Assembly: GCA_965204375.1 (NCBI GenBank)
Contig: OZ241986.1
Location: 2,176,001 to 2,240,000, forward strand
DNA length: 64,000 bases
Source of the DNA: Candidatus Latescibacterota bacterium
Lineage (GTDB): Bacteria > Latescibacterota > UBA2968
Direction: 5' to 3'
The notes beneath the pieces are model-generated. The model was not told where the DNA came from, did not search any database, and saw only the letters and a program-made list of their open reading frames with translations. The position numbers and the translations under genes are program-made. Of this stretch, positions 51,163-62,110 are shown piece by piece (within the stretch, counting starts at the first letter, position 1; every line of letters starts with the position of its first letter).

Positions 51163-52017
51163 CTATCGGAACAACATACTGATATCCAGTGCCTTCACCG
51201 AATGCGTAAGCACCCCCACTGAAATAAGATCCACGCCTGTTTCTGCAATTGCCCGCACGCTATCTAAAGACACATTGCCCGAGGCTTCCAACTCGGGTTT
51301 TTTGCCTTTTAATTCTCGTACCTTTTGCACGGCTTCGCGCATCTCATCCAGGCTCATATTGTCCAACATCACGCGATCCGCACCCAAAACGAGAACCTCA
51401 TCGAGTTCTGATAGCGTTTCCACCTCCACCTCCACGGGCACTTCTCGGCCTTCAAAATCCATTCCTTTCCACACCGAAAGCAGTGCTGGCCCAATACCAT
51501 CCGCTGCCTCAATGTGATTCTCCTTCATCAGCACCATATCGAACAACCCGACCCGATGGTTCACACCACCACCCGCAACAACGGCATATTTATCCAGTAA
51601 TCGCAATCCCGGCGCGGTCTTGCGCGTATCCAGAATCCGCGTCTGTGTCCCTTTTACCGCCTCTACAAACTGCGCCGTCATCGTTGCAATACCCGACATA
51701 CGCTGCAAAAAATTCAACGCAACGCGCTCACCTGTCAACAGCCCACGCGCGGGACCAGAAGCCTCAGCCAAAACATCGCCATCCGCAACGCGCGCGCCAT
51801 CTTCAACTTGAGCCTCAAATACAATTGCTTCATCTACCGCTTCAAATACCCATTGCGCCACATCCAATCCCGCAATCACACCACCTGCTCGTGCAATAAT
51901 TTTTGCCTTCGCCTGCTTTGTCAACGGCACAGTCCACTTTGTCGTAATATCCCCATCCCCCACATCTTCTATCAGTGCCCGCTCAATCACTGGCATAATA
52001 TCTTCTTTATTTGACAT
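51163..52017 (-). CDS. nadC: Nicotinate-nucleotide pyrophosphorylase (quinolinate phosphoribosyltransferase)
   Basis: EDVGDGDITT, GERVALNFLQRMSGIAT, DTRKTAPGLR, KENH, EVEVE and MLDN. Confidence 0.97.
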   Translation of the reverse strand: MSNKEDIMPVIERALIEDVGDGDITTKWTVPLTKQAKAKIIARAGGVIAGLDVAQWVFEAVDEAIVFEAQVEDGARVADGDVLAEASGPARGLLTGERVALNFLQRMSGIATMTAQFVEAVKGTQTRILDTRKTAPGLRLLDKYAVVAGGGVNHRVGLFDMVLMKENHIEAADGIGPALLSVWKGMDFEGREVPVEVEVETLSELDEVLVLGADRVMLDNMSLDEMREAVQKVRELKGKKPELEASGNVSLDSVRAIAETGVDLISVGVLTHSVKALDISMLFR

Positions 52018-52018
52018 C

Positions 52019-52603
52019 TTAAAAATCCTCTGGAATCTCAAACACCACCCCATCCCTCTTTTTATCGTAAAAAATGATCTTTATATCTATGGATTCCGCT
52101 AAATCTGCCTTGGAGTGATAGGTGCTGGGCTTGATAGAATACGCTTCTCCTCCGACAAAACCATCTATACCCTGAGACTCTTCGTAAGGTTCTGCCAAAC
52201 GGTAATCGCAGCCTTTCATCTCGGCCAGTCTTTTCAGAATTGCCTCCTGGAATCTGAGTCCAGTGAAGGTCTTGACAAGAACCAGATCCTCTACCCAAGA
52301 TCTCACCAAATCCCGGTCAATTTTGGGAAACACCACGCTGAAGTTCTCTATCATTGAAATTATTTTATCTGTCGCATTATCTATCGCATCGGGATATTGC
52401 TCTTGATACCACATAACCCATTCTTCAAAAGTTTGTCCCGGAAACTCCTGAATCAGATCGCTCATTTGTCCGACAACTCTTGACCGCGTACCCTGTGAAT
52501 TTTGATTTGCGAGATTCATCAATTGGGTCGTGTACTTTGGAAATTCGCGAGCAGGTGCATTCACGTATTCCTGAATCTCAGCATTTTTTAATTTAATTTC
52601 CAT
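52019..52603 (-). CDS. MjaI-family type II restriction endonuclease
   Basis: FPKYTTQLMNLANQNSQGTR..VVGQMSDLI, KTFTGL and ESQGIDG...SIKP (PD-D/ExK-like). Confidence 0.85.
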   Translation of the reverse strand: MEIKLKNAEIQEYVNAPAREFPKYTTQLMNLANQNSQGTRSRVVGQMSDLIQEFPGQTFEEWVMWYQEQYPDAIDNATDKIISMIENFSVVFPKIDRDLVRSWVEDLVLVKTFTGLRFQEAILKRLAEMKGCDYRLAEPYEESQGIDGFVGGEAYSIKPSTYHSKADLAESIDIKIIFYDKKRDGVVFEIPEDF

Positions 52604-52628
52604 CCATAATCCTTTGTGCGATATCGGA

Positions 52629-53765
52629 TCATTGTGTATTTAACAGATCGAGTTGCGTTTCACTTTTGTCCTGGGATTCTATGGTCATTTCGTTCCAACT
52701 TCGGTCATAATCTATATCCTGAGGTTCCGCGAAATATGTGACCTCAAAGATATTGTCATCAGACTCTCGCACCTCATTTAAGCCATTCAACAAAATGGAC
52801 TGTTCCTGGCTCGTCACCACGGGGCATCCATAATGCTTGTTCGTATATTTCAACGGTCCTGATGTCTGGATTCGATCTTCGACAAATTCAAAATGCCTCC
52901 TCAACCTATCGCGCAAATAATCATTTGAAAAATCGACAATCTGTCGCGCCATCGGGCAAATTGTACTATGAAAACTTTTATCAATTTCAACGCCAACACT
53001 ATTGCGCCCCGACGTCATCGCAGCAGCAATTGTAGTACCCGTACCCAAAAATGGATCGAAAATCACATCCCCTTTCACAGAGTACATATTGACCAGACGA
53101 TAGGCCAAATCATAGGGAAACGCGGCACTCCTCAAACGCGATAACTCATCGGAAAGCCTCTGCCCTGTCCCCTTAATATCCATCCAGACATCCGAATACC
53201 AGATATTTCTTTCCTCCCAAAACAAAGCGCTCTCGCGCCTGTTCTGTTTTTCGCATTCCGTCTTAAATTCCCTTTTAGACCCCTTTCGCAAAATCAAAAT
53301 ATACTCGTGTTCCAGAGTTACATAAGCACCTGCAGGCAACATCCCCGACCCCATAAATTTATTGGGCGCATTGGTTTGTTTTCGCCAGAGAATATCGGGA
53401 AGTGCTGAAAACCCGATATCTAAGAGATAATTCAATATCCGCGCGTGATTTGGATACAAACAAAAATCACCATTTACTTTCCGCGTCGCATCGCCAATAT
53501 TGATACAGGCAAATCGACCATCTTTTAACACCCTGAACATCTCATCCCATACAGAATCGAGAACTTTGTGCATCAACTCATGAGCCAGCTTGCCATCCCC
53601 AGTTTTTAATGCCTTTTCGATCTCCAAATTCTGGCTACCAAATACATCATCCCACATGCCAATCATGGGATACGGCGGCGATGTCACCACCAGATCGACA
53701 CTCTCTGAAGGGATGTCCTTTAAGTTTCGCGCATCCTGATAAAATATTTGATGGATCGTTTTCAT
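52629..53765 (-). CDS. Site-specific DNA methyltransferase, N4/N6 family, beta class (likely m4C)
   Basis: VVTSPPY before DPFLGTGTT. Start at ATG 53765. Confidence 0.9.
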   Translation of the reverse strand: MKTIHQIFYQDARNLKDIPSESVDLVVTSPPYPMIGMWDDVFGSQNLEIEKALKTGDGKLAHELMHKVLDSVWDEMFRVLKDGRFACINIGDATRKVNGDFCLYPNHARILNYLLDIGFSALPDILWRKQTNAPNKFMGSGMLPAGAYVTLEHEYILILRKGSKREFKTECEKQNRRESALFWEERNIWYSDVWMDIKGTGQRLSDELSRLRSAAFPYDLAYRLVNMYSVKGDVIFDPFLGTGTTIAAAMTSGRNSVGVEIDKSFHSTICPMARQIVDFSNDYLRDRLRRHFEFVEDRIQTSGPLKYTNKHYGCPVVTSQEQSILLNGLNEVRESDDNIFEVTYFAEPQDIDYDRSWNEMTIESQDKSETQLDLLNTQ

Positions 53766-53772
53766 AGATCTT

Positions 53773-55761
53773 TTAAGCAACCTCTGCCTTTAACCTTGCA
53801 ATCTCATCGCGATATTGCGCCGCCTTCTCAAACTCCAGATTCTCAGCCGCTTCGCCCATCTTCCGCGTCAATTCTTCAATTATATCCAGCCGATTGACAC
53901 CCTCCATATACTCTGGCGACTCCTCGGCAACCAATGGCAACTCGTCGGCCTTCTCATCGGCCACAGCCGTCGTCTGGAGAATCTCTTCTCTGGTCTTGTA
54001 AAGCGTCTCAGGCGTAATGCCGTGTATAAGATTATACTCCTCCTGCAATGCCCGGCGGCGATTTGTCTCGTCAATGGCACGCTGCATCGAATCCGTCACC
54101 TTATCCGCATACATAATAACCGTACCTCTTGCATTGCGCGCGGCTCTCCCAGCCGTCTGAATCAACGACCGCTCCGACCGCAAAAACCCCTCCTTATCTG
54201 CATCCAGAATAGCGACCAGCGACACCTCTGGCAGATCCAACCCCTCGCGCAACAAATTCACCCCTACGAGCACATCAAACTCACCCAAACGCAAATCCCT
54301 GATAATTGCCACGCGCTCGAGCGAATCGACATCTGAGTGCATATAGCGCGCCTTGATACCCAACTCGCGCATATACTCCGATAAATCCTCTGCCATGCGC
54401 TTGGTCAGCGTCGTCACCAGCACGCGATCACCGTGCTCCACCCGCACCCGCGATTCCTCGATGAGATCATCAACCTGTCCGCGCACAGGTCGGACCACCA
54501 TCTCCGGATCGAGCAACCCCGTCGGACGAATCACCTGCTCCACCACCACGCCCTGACACTGTTCCAACTCGTAATCAGCAGGTGTCGCCGACATAAAAAC
54601 AATCTGCTTTGCCTTCCGTTCAAACTCCTCAAAATACAACGGGCGATTATCCAATGCCGCAGGCAACCTGAACCCGTGCTCTATCAATACCTCTTTGCGA
54701 GACCGATCTCCATTCCACATCCCGCGCAACTGCGGAATCGTCACATGGGATTCATCCAGCACAATCAGAAAATCATCCGAAAAATAATCCAGCAACACAT
54801 AAGGAGCTTCCCCGGGTTTTCGCCCATCGATATACCGCGAATAATTTTCAATACCCTGACAAAAGCCAATCTCGCGCATCATCTCGATATCGTAGCGCGT
54901 ACGCATCTCCAACCGCTGCGCCTCTAGCAACTTACCCTGATCATTAAACTCCTCCAGTTGCTTGGCCAAATCCACCTCAATCTGGACAATGGCTTTCTCA
55001 ATGCGATTGCCACTGGTTACAAAGTGCTTCGCCGGATAAATGACAAGTCGATCTCGTTCCGCAAGAACCTCGCCCGTCACGGGATGCACCTCACTCAACG
55101 CGTCTATCTCATCGCCAAAAAACTCCACGCGCACCGGATGCTCGCGCTCGGGCGGATAAATTTCGACCACATCGCCCCGCACCCGAAACGCGCTCGGCTC
55201 AAAAGCCACATCATTGCGTGTAAAATGAATATCCACCAGCTTGCGCAACATAGCATCGCGATCCATCTCTGCACCGCGATCCAGAATCACCAGATGATCT
55301 TCGTATTCATCGGGATTGCCAATACCGTAAATACACGACACACTCGCCACAATGATCACATCTCGCCGCTCCATCAAAGCACTTGTGGCACGCAGGCGCA
55401 AGCGGTTGATCTCATCGTTGATATCCGCTTCTTTTTCAATAAATGTATCCGTCACCGGCTTATACGCTTCGGGCTGGTAATAATCGTAATACGAAATAAA
55501 ATACTCCACAGCATTATTCGGAAAAAAGCTCCGAAACTCACCGTAGAGTTGTGCCGCCAGGGTTTTGTTGTGAGAAATTACGAGCGTGGGCTTTTGAACA
55601 GATTCAATCACCTTGGACATTGAAAACGTCTTACCCGTACCCGTTGCCCCCATCAAAGTCTGGTATGGCGCGCCATCTCGAATACCCTCGGCAAGTTCTT
55701 CAATCGCCTGGGGCTGATCACCGGCAGGCTCAAAAGGCGATATCACTTCAAATCGCGGCAT
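53773..55761 (-). CDS. uvrB: Excinuclease ABC subunit B
   Basis: [40 protein letters not shown] and C-terminal [12 protein letters not shown]. Confidence 0.98.
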   Translation of the reverse strand: MPRFEVISPFEPAGDQPQAIEELAEGIRDGAPYQTLMGATGTGKTFSMSKVIESVQKPTLVISHNKTLAAQLYGEFRSFFPNNAVEYFISYYDYYQPEAYKPVTDTFIEKEADINDEINRLRLRATSALMERRDVIIVASVSCIYGIGNPDEYEDHLVILDRGAEMDRDAMLRKLVDIHFTRNDVAFEPSAFRVRGDVVEIYPPEREHPVRVEFFGDEIDALSEVHPVTGEVLAERDRLVIYPAKHFVTSGNRIEKAIVQIEVDLAKQLEEFNDQGKLLEAQRLEMRTRYDIEMMREIGFCQGIENYSRYIDGRKPGEAPYVLLDYFSDDFLIVLDESHVTIPQLRGMWNGDRSRKEVLIEHGFRLPAALDNRPLYFEEFERKAKQIVFMSATPADYELEQCQGVVVEQVIRPTGLLDPEMVVRPVRGQVDDLIEESRVRVEHGDRVLVTTLTKRMAEDLSEYMRELGIKARYMHSDVDSLERVAIIRDLRLGEFDVLVGVNLLREGLDLPEVSLVAILDADKEGFLRSERSLIQTAGRAARNARGTVIMYADKVTDSMQRAIDETNRRRALQEEYNLIHGITPETLYKTREEILQTTAVADEKADELPLVAEESPEYMEGVNRLDIIEELTRKMGEAAENLEFEKAAQYRDEIARLKAEVA

Positions 55762-55905
55762 AATGATTTTCCCTAGTAAACAGTGGTCGGTCCCAGTCCC
55801 CCTCTTGACTCACCCCCATAACTACTTTAATTTAGAAAGAGTATTACCGAAATGCAAGGTCAACCCCGCTGTTTTCACCTGCGGGGGAACGCACAGGAGG
55901 TTTCC

Positions 55906-57093
55906 GTGAAAATTTTTCTCAAAAGCACAGTCCTATTCGCGCTATTTAGCCTGATGACCTGCGGGGGAAACAGCACAGATACACTGGGACCGGGGGATTC
56001 GGGCAATCCTCCTGCCACCTCTGGCGATACGACATCCGGCAATACCCAAACCTCTGGCTCAGTCAATCGCGAACCGCAAGCAGGCGGCAATTTTCTCAGT
56101 GACTTTCCCAAAGACAGAATTCTATCGGGCGGCGTACCCCCCGATGGCATTCCAGCACTCACCGACCCCAAATTTGTCGAACTCACATCCAGCGAAGCCG
56201 CTTACCTCAGCGATGAGGACCTCGTGCTCGGCGTGGTCCTCAATGGCGAAGCCAAAGCCTATCCCCACAACATGGGCTGGTGGCACGAAATCATCAACGA
56301 CGTGGTTGGCGAACACCCCATTATCGTGAGCTTTTGCCCACTGACGGGAACGGGACTCATCTTTAATGGACAGGGCAGCGACCAGTCGCGCATCCAGTGT
56401 GGGGTTTCCGGTTTGCTATTCAACAACAACCTCATTATGTACGACCGCCGCCAACAGGGAATCCTGTATCCCCAGATGATCCACATCCCGGTTGAAGGTG
56501 GAACCGACGAATTACAACTCCTGCCCGTAATCGAAACCACCTGGCGCTACTGGAAACAACTCTATCCCGATTCCAAAGTCATCAGTGCCGATACGGGTAT
56601 TTACGCACCCAGCAGATACCAGAGCTATCCCTATGGCAACTATCGGGACCCGAATACCGCGCCGCTTTTCCCCTCCTTCCCCAGTTTGCTCGACAATCCA
56701 ACCGCGCAAATATTCCCCCCCAAAACCCTCACATTGGGTATTCGTTTCGGTGAAACCGCCAAAGCCTATCCCTTTCCCACCATGGGGACAGAAGCCGTCA
56801 TCAACGACGTAGTCGCGGGCAATGCCATTCTCGTCGTCTATTACCACCAGGAGCAATACGCAAGACCTTTTGATCGGGTGGTTGACGGTCAGACCCTCAC
56901 ATTTGAGAAAGCGCTTCCCCGCGATACGGTCTATCCCTTTCTGCTGCGCGACCAGGAAACGGACAGCACATGGAACCTCAAAGGCGAAGCTATTGCCGGA
57001 TCACTCCAAAATAAGACCTTAAAGCAACTACCTGCCCACAATGCCTTCTGGTTTGCCTGGGCAACCTTCTGGCAAAACACGGGCATTTATTAG
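55906..57093 (+). CDS. DUF3179-domain putative lipoprotein
   Basis: GTG start after AGGAGG; GGVPPDGIPAL, HEIIND, FCPLTGTG, GVSGLL.NNNLIMYDR and FWFAW. Confidence 0.85.
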   Translation: MKIFLKSTVLFALFSLMTCGGNSTDTLGPGDSGNPPATSGDTTSGNTQTSGSVNREPQAGGNFLSDFPKDRILSGGVPPDGIPALTDPKFVELTSSEAAYLSDEDLVLGVVLNGEAKAYPHNMGWWHEIINDVVGEHPIIVSFCPLTGTGLIFNGQGSDQSRIQCGVSGLLFNNNLIMYDRRQQGILYPQMIHIPVEGGTDELQLLPVIETTWRYWKQLYPDSKVISADTGIYAPSRYQSYPYGNYRDPNTAPLFPSFPSLLDNPTAQIFPPKTLTLGIRFGETAKAYPFPTMGTEAVINDVVAGNAILVVYYHQEQYARPFDRVVDGQTLTFEKALPRDTVYPFLLRDQETDSTWNLKGEAIAGSLQNKTLKQLPAHNAFWFAWATFWQNTGIY

Positions 57094-57147
57094 ACGGACA
57101 TGTCCCTCTAAAAATACAGGCGAATTGCCTGAATTTTGGACTCCTCT

Positions 57148-58038
57148 ATGCACTGCTTTTATTGGCTTGCCCTCTTCATACTTTTGCCCCATACAGCTTA
57201 TGCAGGTGCCTGGACACTCTCAAAAGGCCATATCTGGGGCAAAATCACAGGCATGGCGCAATCGACAAATGAAGAATATGTAGCCGTTGGGGGCGCAGGT
57301 CGCGAACCCGATCTCAATCGCCTCTATGAACCCGGAGACCGCGCGCACTATCGCGAAAATGGACACTACAATTCACAGGCACTCTTCATCGACCTGTTTT
57401 ACGGTCTGAGCGATCGCATCGACTTCGGCATACAAATACCCTACTATCGCCGGGAATTTGAAAACGTCGGCTTCAGGCCAACAAATATTGCATCGGGGTT
57501 TGGTGACATGCGAGGATTTGCGAAAATCAACATTGCCCAAAACCCTGTTGTGGGCACAATAAAAGTTGGGACCAAAATCCCCACCGGAAAATTCCAAAAC
57601 CAGGATGGGATTATTTCTGCTGGCGAAGGCCAATGGGATTTTGAATTAATTGCACAAATCGGTCGATCTTTTTGGCCCTTCCCTCTTTACGCCAACATCG
57701 ATATGGGGTATCGCGTCCGCCTGCAAAACAATACCACCAACTACGATCCCGGCGACGAGTGGTTTTTGAACTCAGAAATAGGTTATAATCCCGTGAATAA
57801 ACTCTTATTTATACTCAAATTAGAGGGCATCAAAGGCAGGCCATCTCGCGTATTGGGCCTCCAGCTATCCAGCGATATCAGGCGCATTACCTATTTCGCG
57901 CCCACGCTCCTCATAGGCCCCTTTCAAAACCTGAGCCTCGAGACCTCGGTGCGTATAACCGCTGGCGGGCGCAATTTCCCCGCCGGCCATATATGGACCG
58001 CAGGGATTTCATACTCAGGTCCCTCGTCTAAAATGTGA
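57148..58038 (+). CDS. Outer-membrane beta-barrel (MetA/phenol-degradation transporter-like), paralog 1
   Basis: AYA-GAWTL signal cleavage, SGFGD, KIPTG and GEGQWD. Confidence 0.7.
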   Translation: MHCFYWLALFILLPHTAYAGAWTLSKGHIWGKITGMAQSTNEEYVAVGGAGREPDLNRLYEPGDRAHYRENGHYNSQALFIDLFYGLSDRIDFGIQIPYYRREFENVGFRPTNIASGFGDMRGFAKINIAQNPVVGTIKVGTKIPTGKFQNQDGIISAGEGQWDFELIAQIGRSFWPFPLYANIDMGYRVRLQNNTTNYDPGDEWFLNSEIGYNPVNKLLFILKLEGIKGRPSRVLGLQLSSDIRRITYFAPTLLIGPFQNLSLETSVRITAGGRNFPAGHIWTAGISYSGPSSKM

Positions 58039-58195
58039 CGCTATACCCGCCGAGTTTATACATCTTCCCCAAATCTGTATTTACCGTATTGTAAAAAAAT
58101 CTTCTTTTATTTATCTTCACACACAAGCAGTTTGAACAGTGGACCGATTACCGCTGGGCTGCTTATGGTAAACCACCTCATTAGAAAGGATCGCA

Positions 58196-59029
58196 ATGAG
58201 CACTTTCACGCCACATTCTAACTCCTGGATAAAGTTCCTTCTCGCCATCGCGCTCTGCGCCTTTTTGCCCCATACTGCTTATGCAGGTGCCTGGACACTT
58301 CAAAAGGGCCAGATGTGGAGCAAACTCAACCTCCTGGTTCAATCGACCTCAGAACACTATTTGGAAAATGGAGATATAGGGGAATTTCCCGCTACTTACA
58401 AGTCTAACCAGTTATTTTTTGATGTGTTTTACGGCATAAGCGACCGCGTTGATGTCGGCCTCCAAATCCCTTATTGCGGCAATAAATTTGTAGATATTGC
58501 CACCGCTGTAGGACTTCCAGAGGAGAATGCAAAAGAATCGGGTATTGGCGACCTGCGGGGATACACGAAAATCAACCTCGTACAACAAGCTGTTGTAGCC
58601 ACCCTGAAACTCGGATTCAAAGCCCCAATAGGTGAATATCGCCCAGCGCCCGAAGCCATATCCGTAAGCGAGGGCCAATGGGATTTTGATGTTATCTTTC
58701 AAATCGGCGGATCTCTTTATCCCGCCCCGATGTACGCCAACATCGACCTGGGCTTTCGCCTGCGACAAGAAAACGAGACTGGCTACGACCCGCCAGAAGA
58801 GTTGATTTACAACGCCGAAATAGGCTATAGTCTTACCGACAAATTTCTCTTCGCCCTCAAATTGGAAGGCTTAAGAGGCGATGACAGACGCACCACCTAT
58901 GTTGTGCCCACGGTTCTGATTGGCCTGAATCAAAACCTGAGCCTTGAAACATCAATGCGTATGACCGTCAGCGGGCGCAAGGCTTTCGCTGGCAATATAT
59001 GGGCGGTGGGAATTTCTTATCAAAAGTAG
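58196..59029 (+). CDS. Outer-membrane beta-barrel, paralog 2
   Basis: Shares LPHTAYAGAWTL, SGIGD, EGQWDF, NLSLETS and GISY with paralog 1. Confidence 0.7.
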   Translation: MSTFTPHSNSWIKFLLAIALCAFLPHTAYAGAWTLQKGQMWSKLNLLVQSTSEHYLENGDIGEFPATYKSNQLFFDVFYGISDRVDVGLQIPYCGNKFVDIATAVGLPEENAKESGIGDLRGYTKINLVQQAVVATLKLGFKAPIGEYRPAPEAISVSEGQWDFDVIFQIGGSLYPAPMYANIDLGFRLRQENETGYDPPEELIYNAEIGYSLTDKFLFALKLEGLRGDDRRTTYVVPTVLIGLNQNLSLETSMRMTVSGRKAFAGNIWAVGISYQK

Positions 59030-59051
59030 GGAAGAACTGCACGATATTTTT

Positions 59052-59085
59052 GAGCGGGCGGATGTTTCGCCCGCTCTTCTTTTTT
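59052..59085. terminator. Intrinsic terminator between convergent genes
   Basis: GAGCGGGCG...CGCCCGCTC followed by TTCTTTTTT. Confidence 0.8.
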
Positions 59086-60289
59086 ACAAAATCACATGCT
59101 CGCCGCCCGTACTCAAACGCCCGTGATCCCAGGGCGTAATCCAATCTTCGGCAATATCCATTCCAAATCCCGGCGCATCCGAAGGCACCAGATAGCCATC
59201 TTTGGGCACGGGCACGCCCGGCATCCGTGCGACCTCTTTTAGGGGCACCCCCACGGGTGTACTCAAATGAAACTCACACAGAGTACACTCGGGCATCGCA
59301 TAGCAAAAATGCTGTCCATAAGCCGAATTACACCCCCCGTGCGGACTGCTCTTAATACCAGCGGCTTCGGCAATATGGTGAATCTTCACAGCTTCGGTCA
59401 TCCCTCCGCACCAGTGCAAATCGGGTTGCACGACATCCACACAGCGATTCTCCACGAGTTGGCGAAACGGAATCCGCGTGTGATGGTCCTCACCCGTTGC
59501 GATGGGGATCCAGGTCATGGCTTTTTTCAATTGAATATGCCCTTCGAGGTCTTCCGGAAACAGCGGCTCTTCCATCCACTTCAATTCGTAGGGCCTGAGC
59601 CTTTCCCCCAGACGAATGGCAAACTCCACATCGTAAGCCATCACGGGATTGATCATCAACTCGGCATTCACGCCCACGGTTTCTCGCGCAAGGGCGACCT
59701 TTTCCTCCATAATATTTATACCCGTGATACCCTGCTCGTAATGCACGGGATTCGTAATTTTAAACGCCTCAAACCCAAGTTCCATCGACCAATCCAGATC
59801 ATCGCCTGTACAATAACACCGAATTTTCTCGCGGGATGGTCCACCGAGCAATCTGTAAACGGGCTGGTCGAGCAACTTCCCCTTCAAATCCCACAAAGCC
59901 AGATCAATTGCACTCTGCGCGCAAGCAGACAATCCCAGCGACCCATGCCTTTTGGAAGCCCGCCACATCATATCATTGAGATGCTCTGTAGCAAAACAGT
60001 CTCGTCCTTCCAATAGTGGCGCGTAAAAAGCATCGACTAATGCGGCAACCGGTTCGCCAAATCCCGTTCTGCCCAGGCCCCATGTACCATCCTCAGCCGT
60101 TATTTTGACCCACACACCTCGCCCGCCAATACCCGGCGACTTGCTCGGCACATCTGGCGGAAACTCCGGATATTTATTCATCGGCAGACCAATCGGCGAC
60201 GAATGCCGCCAACTCGAACGGCGTGCGGGTGTTATCGGCTTCTGTTGTGGAATGGAAACATTCACAGCTTCAATGGACTTGATCTTCAT
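59084..60289 (-). CDS. Enolase-superfamily (mandelate racemase) dehydratase, L-rhamnonate dehydratase-like
   Basis: PMNKYPEF, SAIDLALWDLKGK, WMEEP, ATGEDH, QPDLHWCGG and PGFG. Confidence 0.85.
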   Translation of the reverse strand: MKIKSIEAVNVSIPQQKPITPARRSSWRHSSPIGLPMNKYPEFPPDVPSKSPGIGGRGVWVKITAEDGTWGLGRTGFGEPVAALVDAFYAPLLEGRDCFATEHLNDMMWRASKRHGSLGLSACAQSAIDLALWDLKGKLLDQPVYRLLGGPSREKIRCYCTGDDLDWSMELGFEAFKITNPVHYEQGITGINIMEEKVALARETVGVNAELMINPVMAYDVEFAIRLGERLRPYELKWMEEPLFPEDLEGHIQLKKAMTWIPIATGEDHHTRIPFRQLVENRCVDVVQPDLHWCGGMTEAVKIHHIAEAAGIKSSPHGGCNSAYGQHFCYAMPECTLCEFHLSTPVGVPLKEVARMPGVPVPKDGYLVPSDAPGFGMDIAEDWITPWDHGRLSTGGEHVIL

Positions 60290-60301
60290 AATTCCTCCAA
60301 T

Positions 60302-60901
60302 TCATGCGTTGAGCATATAGCCAAAAATGAGAAATGCAACCCCAACTCCCACAATACTACCCACCAAAATCTGAGATATAGAATGGGCCTGTAATACGAG
60401 CCGCGCCCACGAAACCAGCCCCGCAGGAACAACAGCCCACCAACTACCATAGAGCGCGATCACCACACCACAGGCAGCCCAAAGCCCCATGGCGTGTAAG
60501 CTAATTTTCCACTGCATCGTTATAAAAAGCGCGACAGTGCCCTGAACTGCGACACAGACCATCAGCGCATACAGCACGGGCGGCGAGTGTATCAGATAAA
60601 GAATGCCAACACCCAGCCAGGAACTCGCAAAATAAAATAAAAGCGGCCGCAGCCGGTCGTGGCGTTTGGGAATAAACAACTCGCTAATCTCACCTCGACG
60701 ACGCATGTACAATACCACACCCCAGGGCGCGAAAACACTAAAAAACAGCGCGATCAAAACACACAATACAATCCAGGTACCCGAACCAGACGCCTCAAGG
60801 GATACCAGCACAATCACAACCCCCAGCACAAACACGGGATTTAAAACCCGAGAAACGCACATGGCAAATTTCTCTTTATCAACCATAAGCCTTCCCATCA
60901 T
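60302..60901 (-). CDS. PAP2-like integral membrane protein
   Basis: Multiple TM helices, WKISLH and WARLVLQAHSISQILVG. Confidence 0.75.
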   Translation of the reverse strand: MMGRLMVDKEKFAMCVSRVLNPVFVLGVVIVLVSLEASGSGTWIVLCVLIALFFSVFAPWGVVLYMRRRGEISELFIPKRHDRLRPLLFYFASSWLGVGILYLIHSPPVLYALMVCVAVQGTVALFITMQWKISLHAMGLWAACGVVIALYGSWWAVVPAGLVSWARLVLQAHSISQILVGSIVGVGVAFLIFGYMLNA

Positions 60902-60969
60902 TTTTAGACAAAATAATGAACCAAGCTCAGAAAATCAAAACCCAAGTTTTTGCTCTCGGATACGATACC

Positions 60970-60998
60970 TTGACAACACCATTGCATTAAACTATTTT
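60970..60998 (+). promoter_or_regulatory. Putative sigma70 promoter TTGACA-N17-TATTTT
   Basis: About 50 nt upstream of the PhyH start at 61049. Confidence 0.55.
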
Positions 60999-61048
60999 GC
61001 TGACATTATCTACTGATTTGGCAAAGGGTCAGAAAAGAGGAGCATAAC

Positions 61049-61840
61049 ATGACACCTGAAACAGCCATGAAAACGCGGGAAGACATGCTCCGCGACGGGT
61101 ACTGCGTCATAGACGATATTTTGACAGACGAGTTCCTCGAAGAACTGCGCGGTGAATCCGAGCGGTTAATTGCCAATCACATTGAGCATGAGGAATTTAG
61201 ATATCAGGGCCAACACGTGAATGTGCGCGGTGAAGACAATCCGATCATCCAAAAGCTGCTGGAATGGGAACCATCGCGGCGGGCACTCGAACAACTGGGC
61301 TTTGGAGATTTTCAAACTGGCGGCGGCATCATCATCCTCACCAAAGAACCCAAAGGCCCACCGCTCTATTGGCACCAGGACTGGATGCAGTGGAACGATC
61401 CCATCAGTTGTTCGCCCTGGCCGCAAATCATATTTCTGAACTATTATCTAACCGATACCGCAGTGGAAAACGGCTGTTTGAAAGTCATCCCCGGCACCCA
61501 TCTCAAGCGCATACCACTCCACGACCAACTGGTGCCCGCACACGAACAGGGCGCCCGATTTATAGAAGAAACGCATCCCATCATGTTCAGCGACCACCCC
61601 GATGAGGTCAATGTCCCCGTCTCTGCGCGCTCGCTGGTATTGGGCGATGCCCGCATCCTGCATTCTGCTGGAAGAAATTACACAGATGAGCGCAGAACCC
61701 TGATTCTCGCCTGGCACAGACGCCCCACCACTGATGTACCAGACTACTGGGAAGGGGATATCCCCGAAGTCATAGCCAACCGCGACCCCAATCAAAAGTA
61801 CGAGGGGTCTCGCCTCCCCGGCAAATACCTCAAACCGTAA
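61049..61840 (+). CDS. PhyH-family dioxygenase
   Basis: DGYCVI, WHQD, ENGCLKVIPGTH and ILHSA. Confidence 0.9.
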   Translation: MTPETAMKTREDMLRDGYCVIDDILTDEFLEELRGESERLIANHIEHEEFRYQGQHVNVRGEDNPIIQKLLEWEPSRRALEQLGFGDFQTGGGIIILTKEPKGPPLYWHQDWMQWNDPISCSPWPQIIFLNYYLTDTAVENGCLKVIPGTHLKRIPLHDQLVPAHEQGARFIEETHPIMFSDHPDEVNVPVSARSLVLGDARILHSAGRNYTDERRTLILAWHRRPTTDVPDYWEGDIPEVIANRDPNQKYEGSRLPGKYLKP

Positions 61841-61852
61841 AAAAGGTCAACG

Positions 61853-62042
61853 ATGCACAAAAAAACGCCAAACATCATCATCGTTCTCACAGACGACCTC
61901 GGATACGGCGACCTATCCTGCTATGGACACCCGCTCATTCACACGCCCAACCTGGACCGCCTCTGAAAATCCCGAAATTATCGAAAATATTCAGCAGGCC
62001 ATCCAACGCCACCAGCAATCTCTCGTTGACGAAAAATTTTGA
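61853..62042 (+). pseudogene. Sulfatase remnant with an internal deletion (N-terminal 37 aa joined out of frame to the C-terminal tail)
   Basis: [37 protein letters not shown] then, in another frame, [26 protein letters not shown]. Confidence 0.85.
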
Positions 62043-62110
62043 CATCCAAACCTCACATTGCGTATTTTGAAAAAAATGACATATAAACTATTGTCTAAAA
62101 GGAGGTCGAG

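Noticed and set aside
55906-57093. Selenoprotein recoding in DUF3179
   Set aside because: The motif is encoded by TGC (Cys) and there is no in-frame TGA
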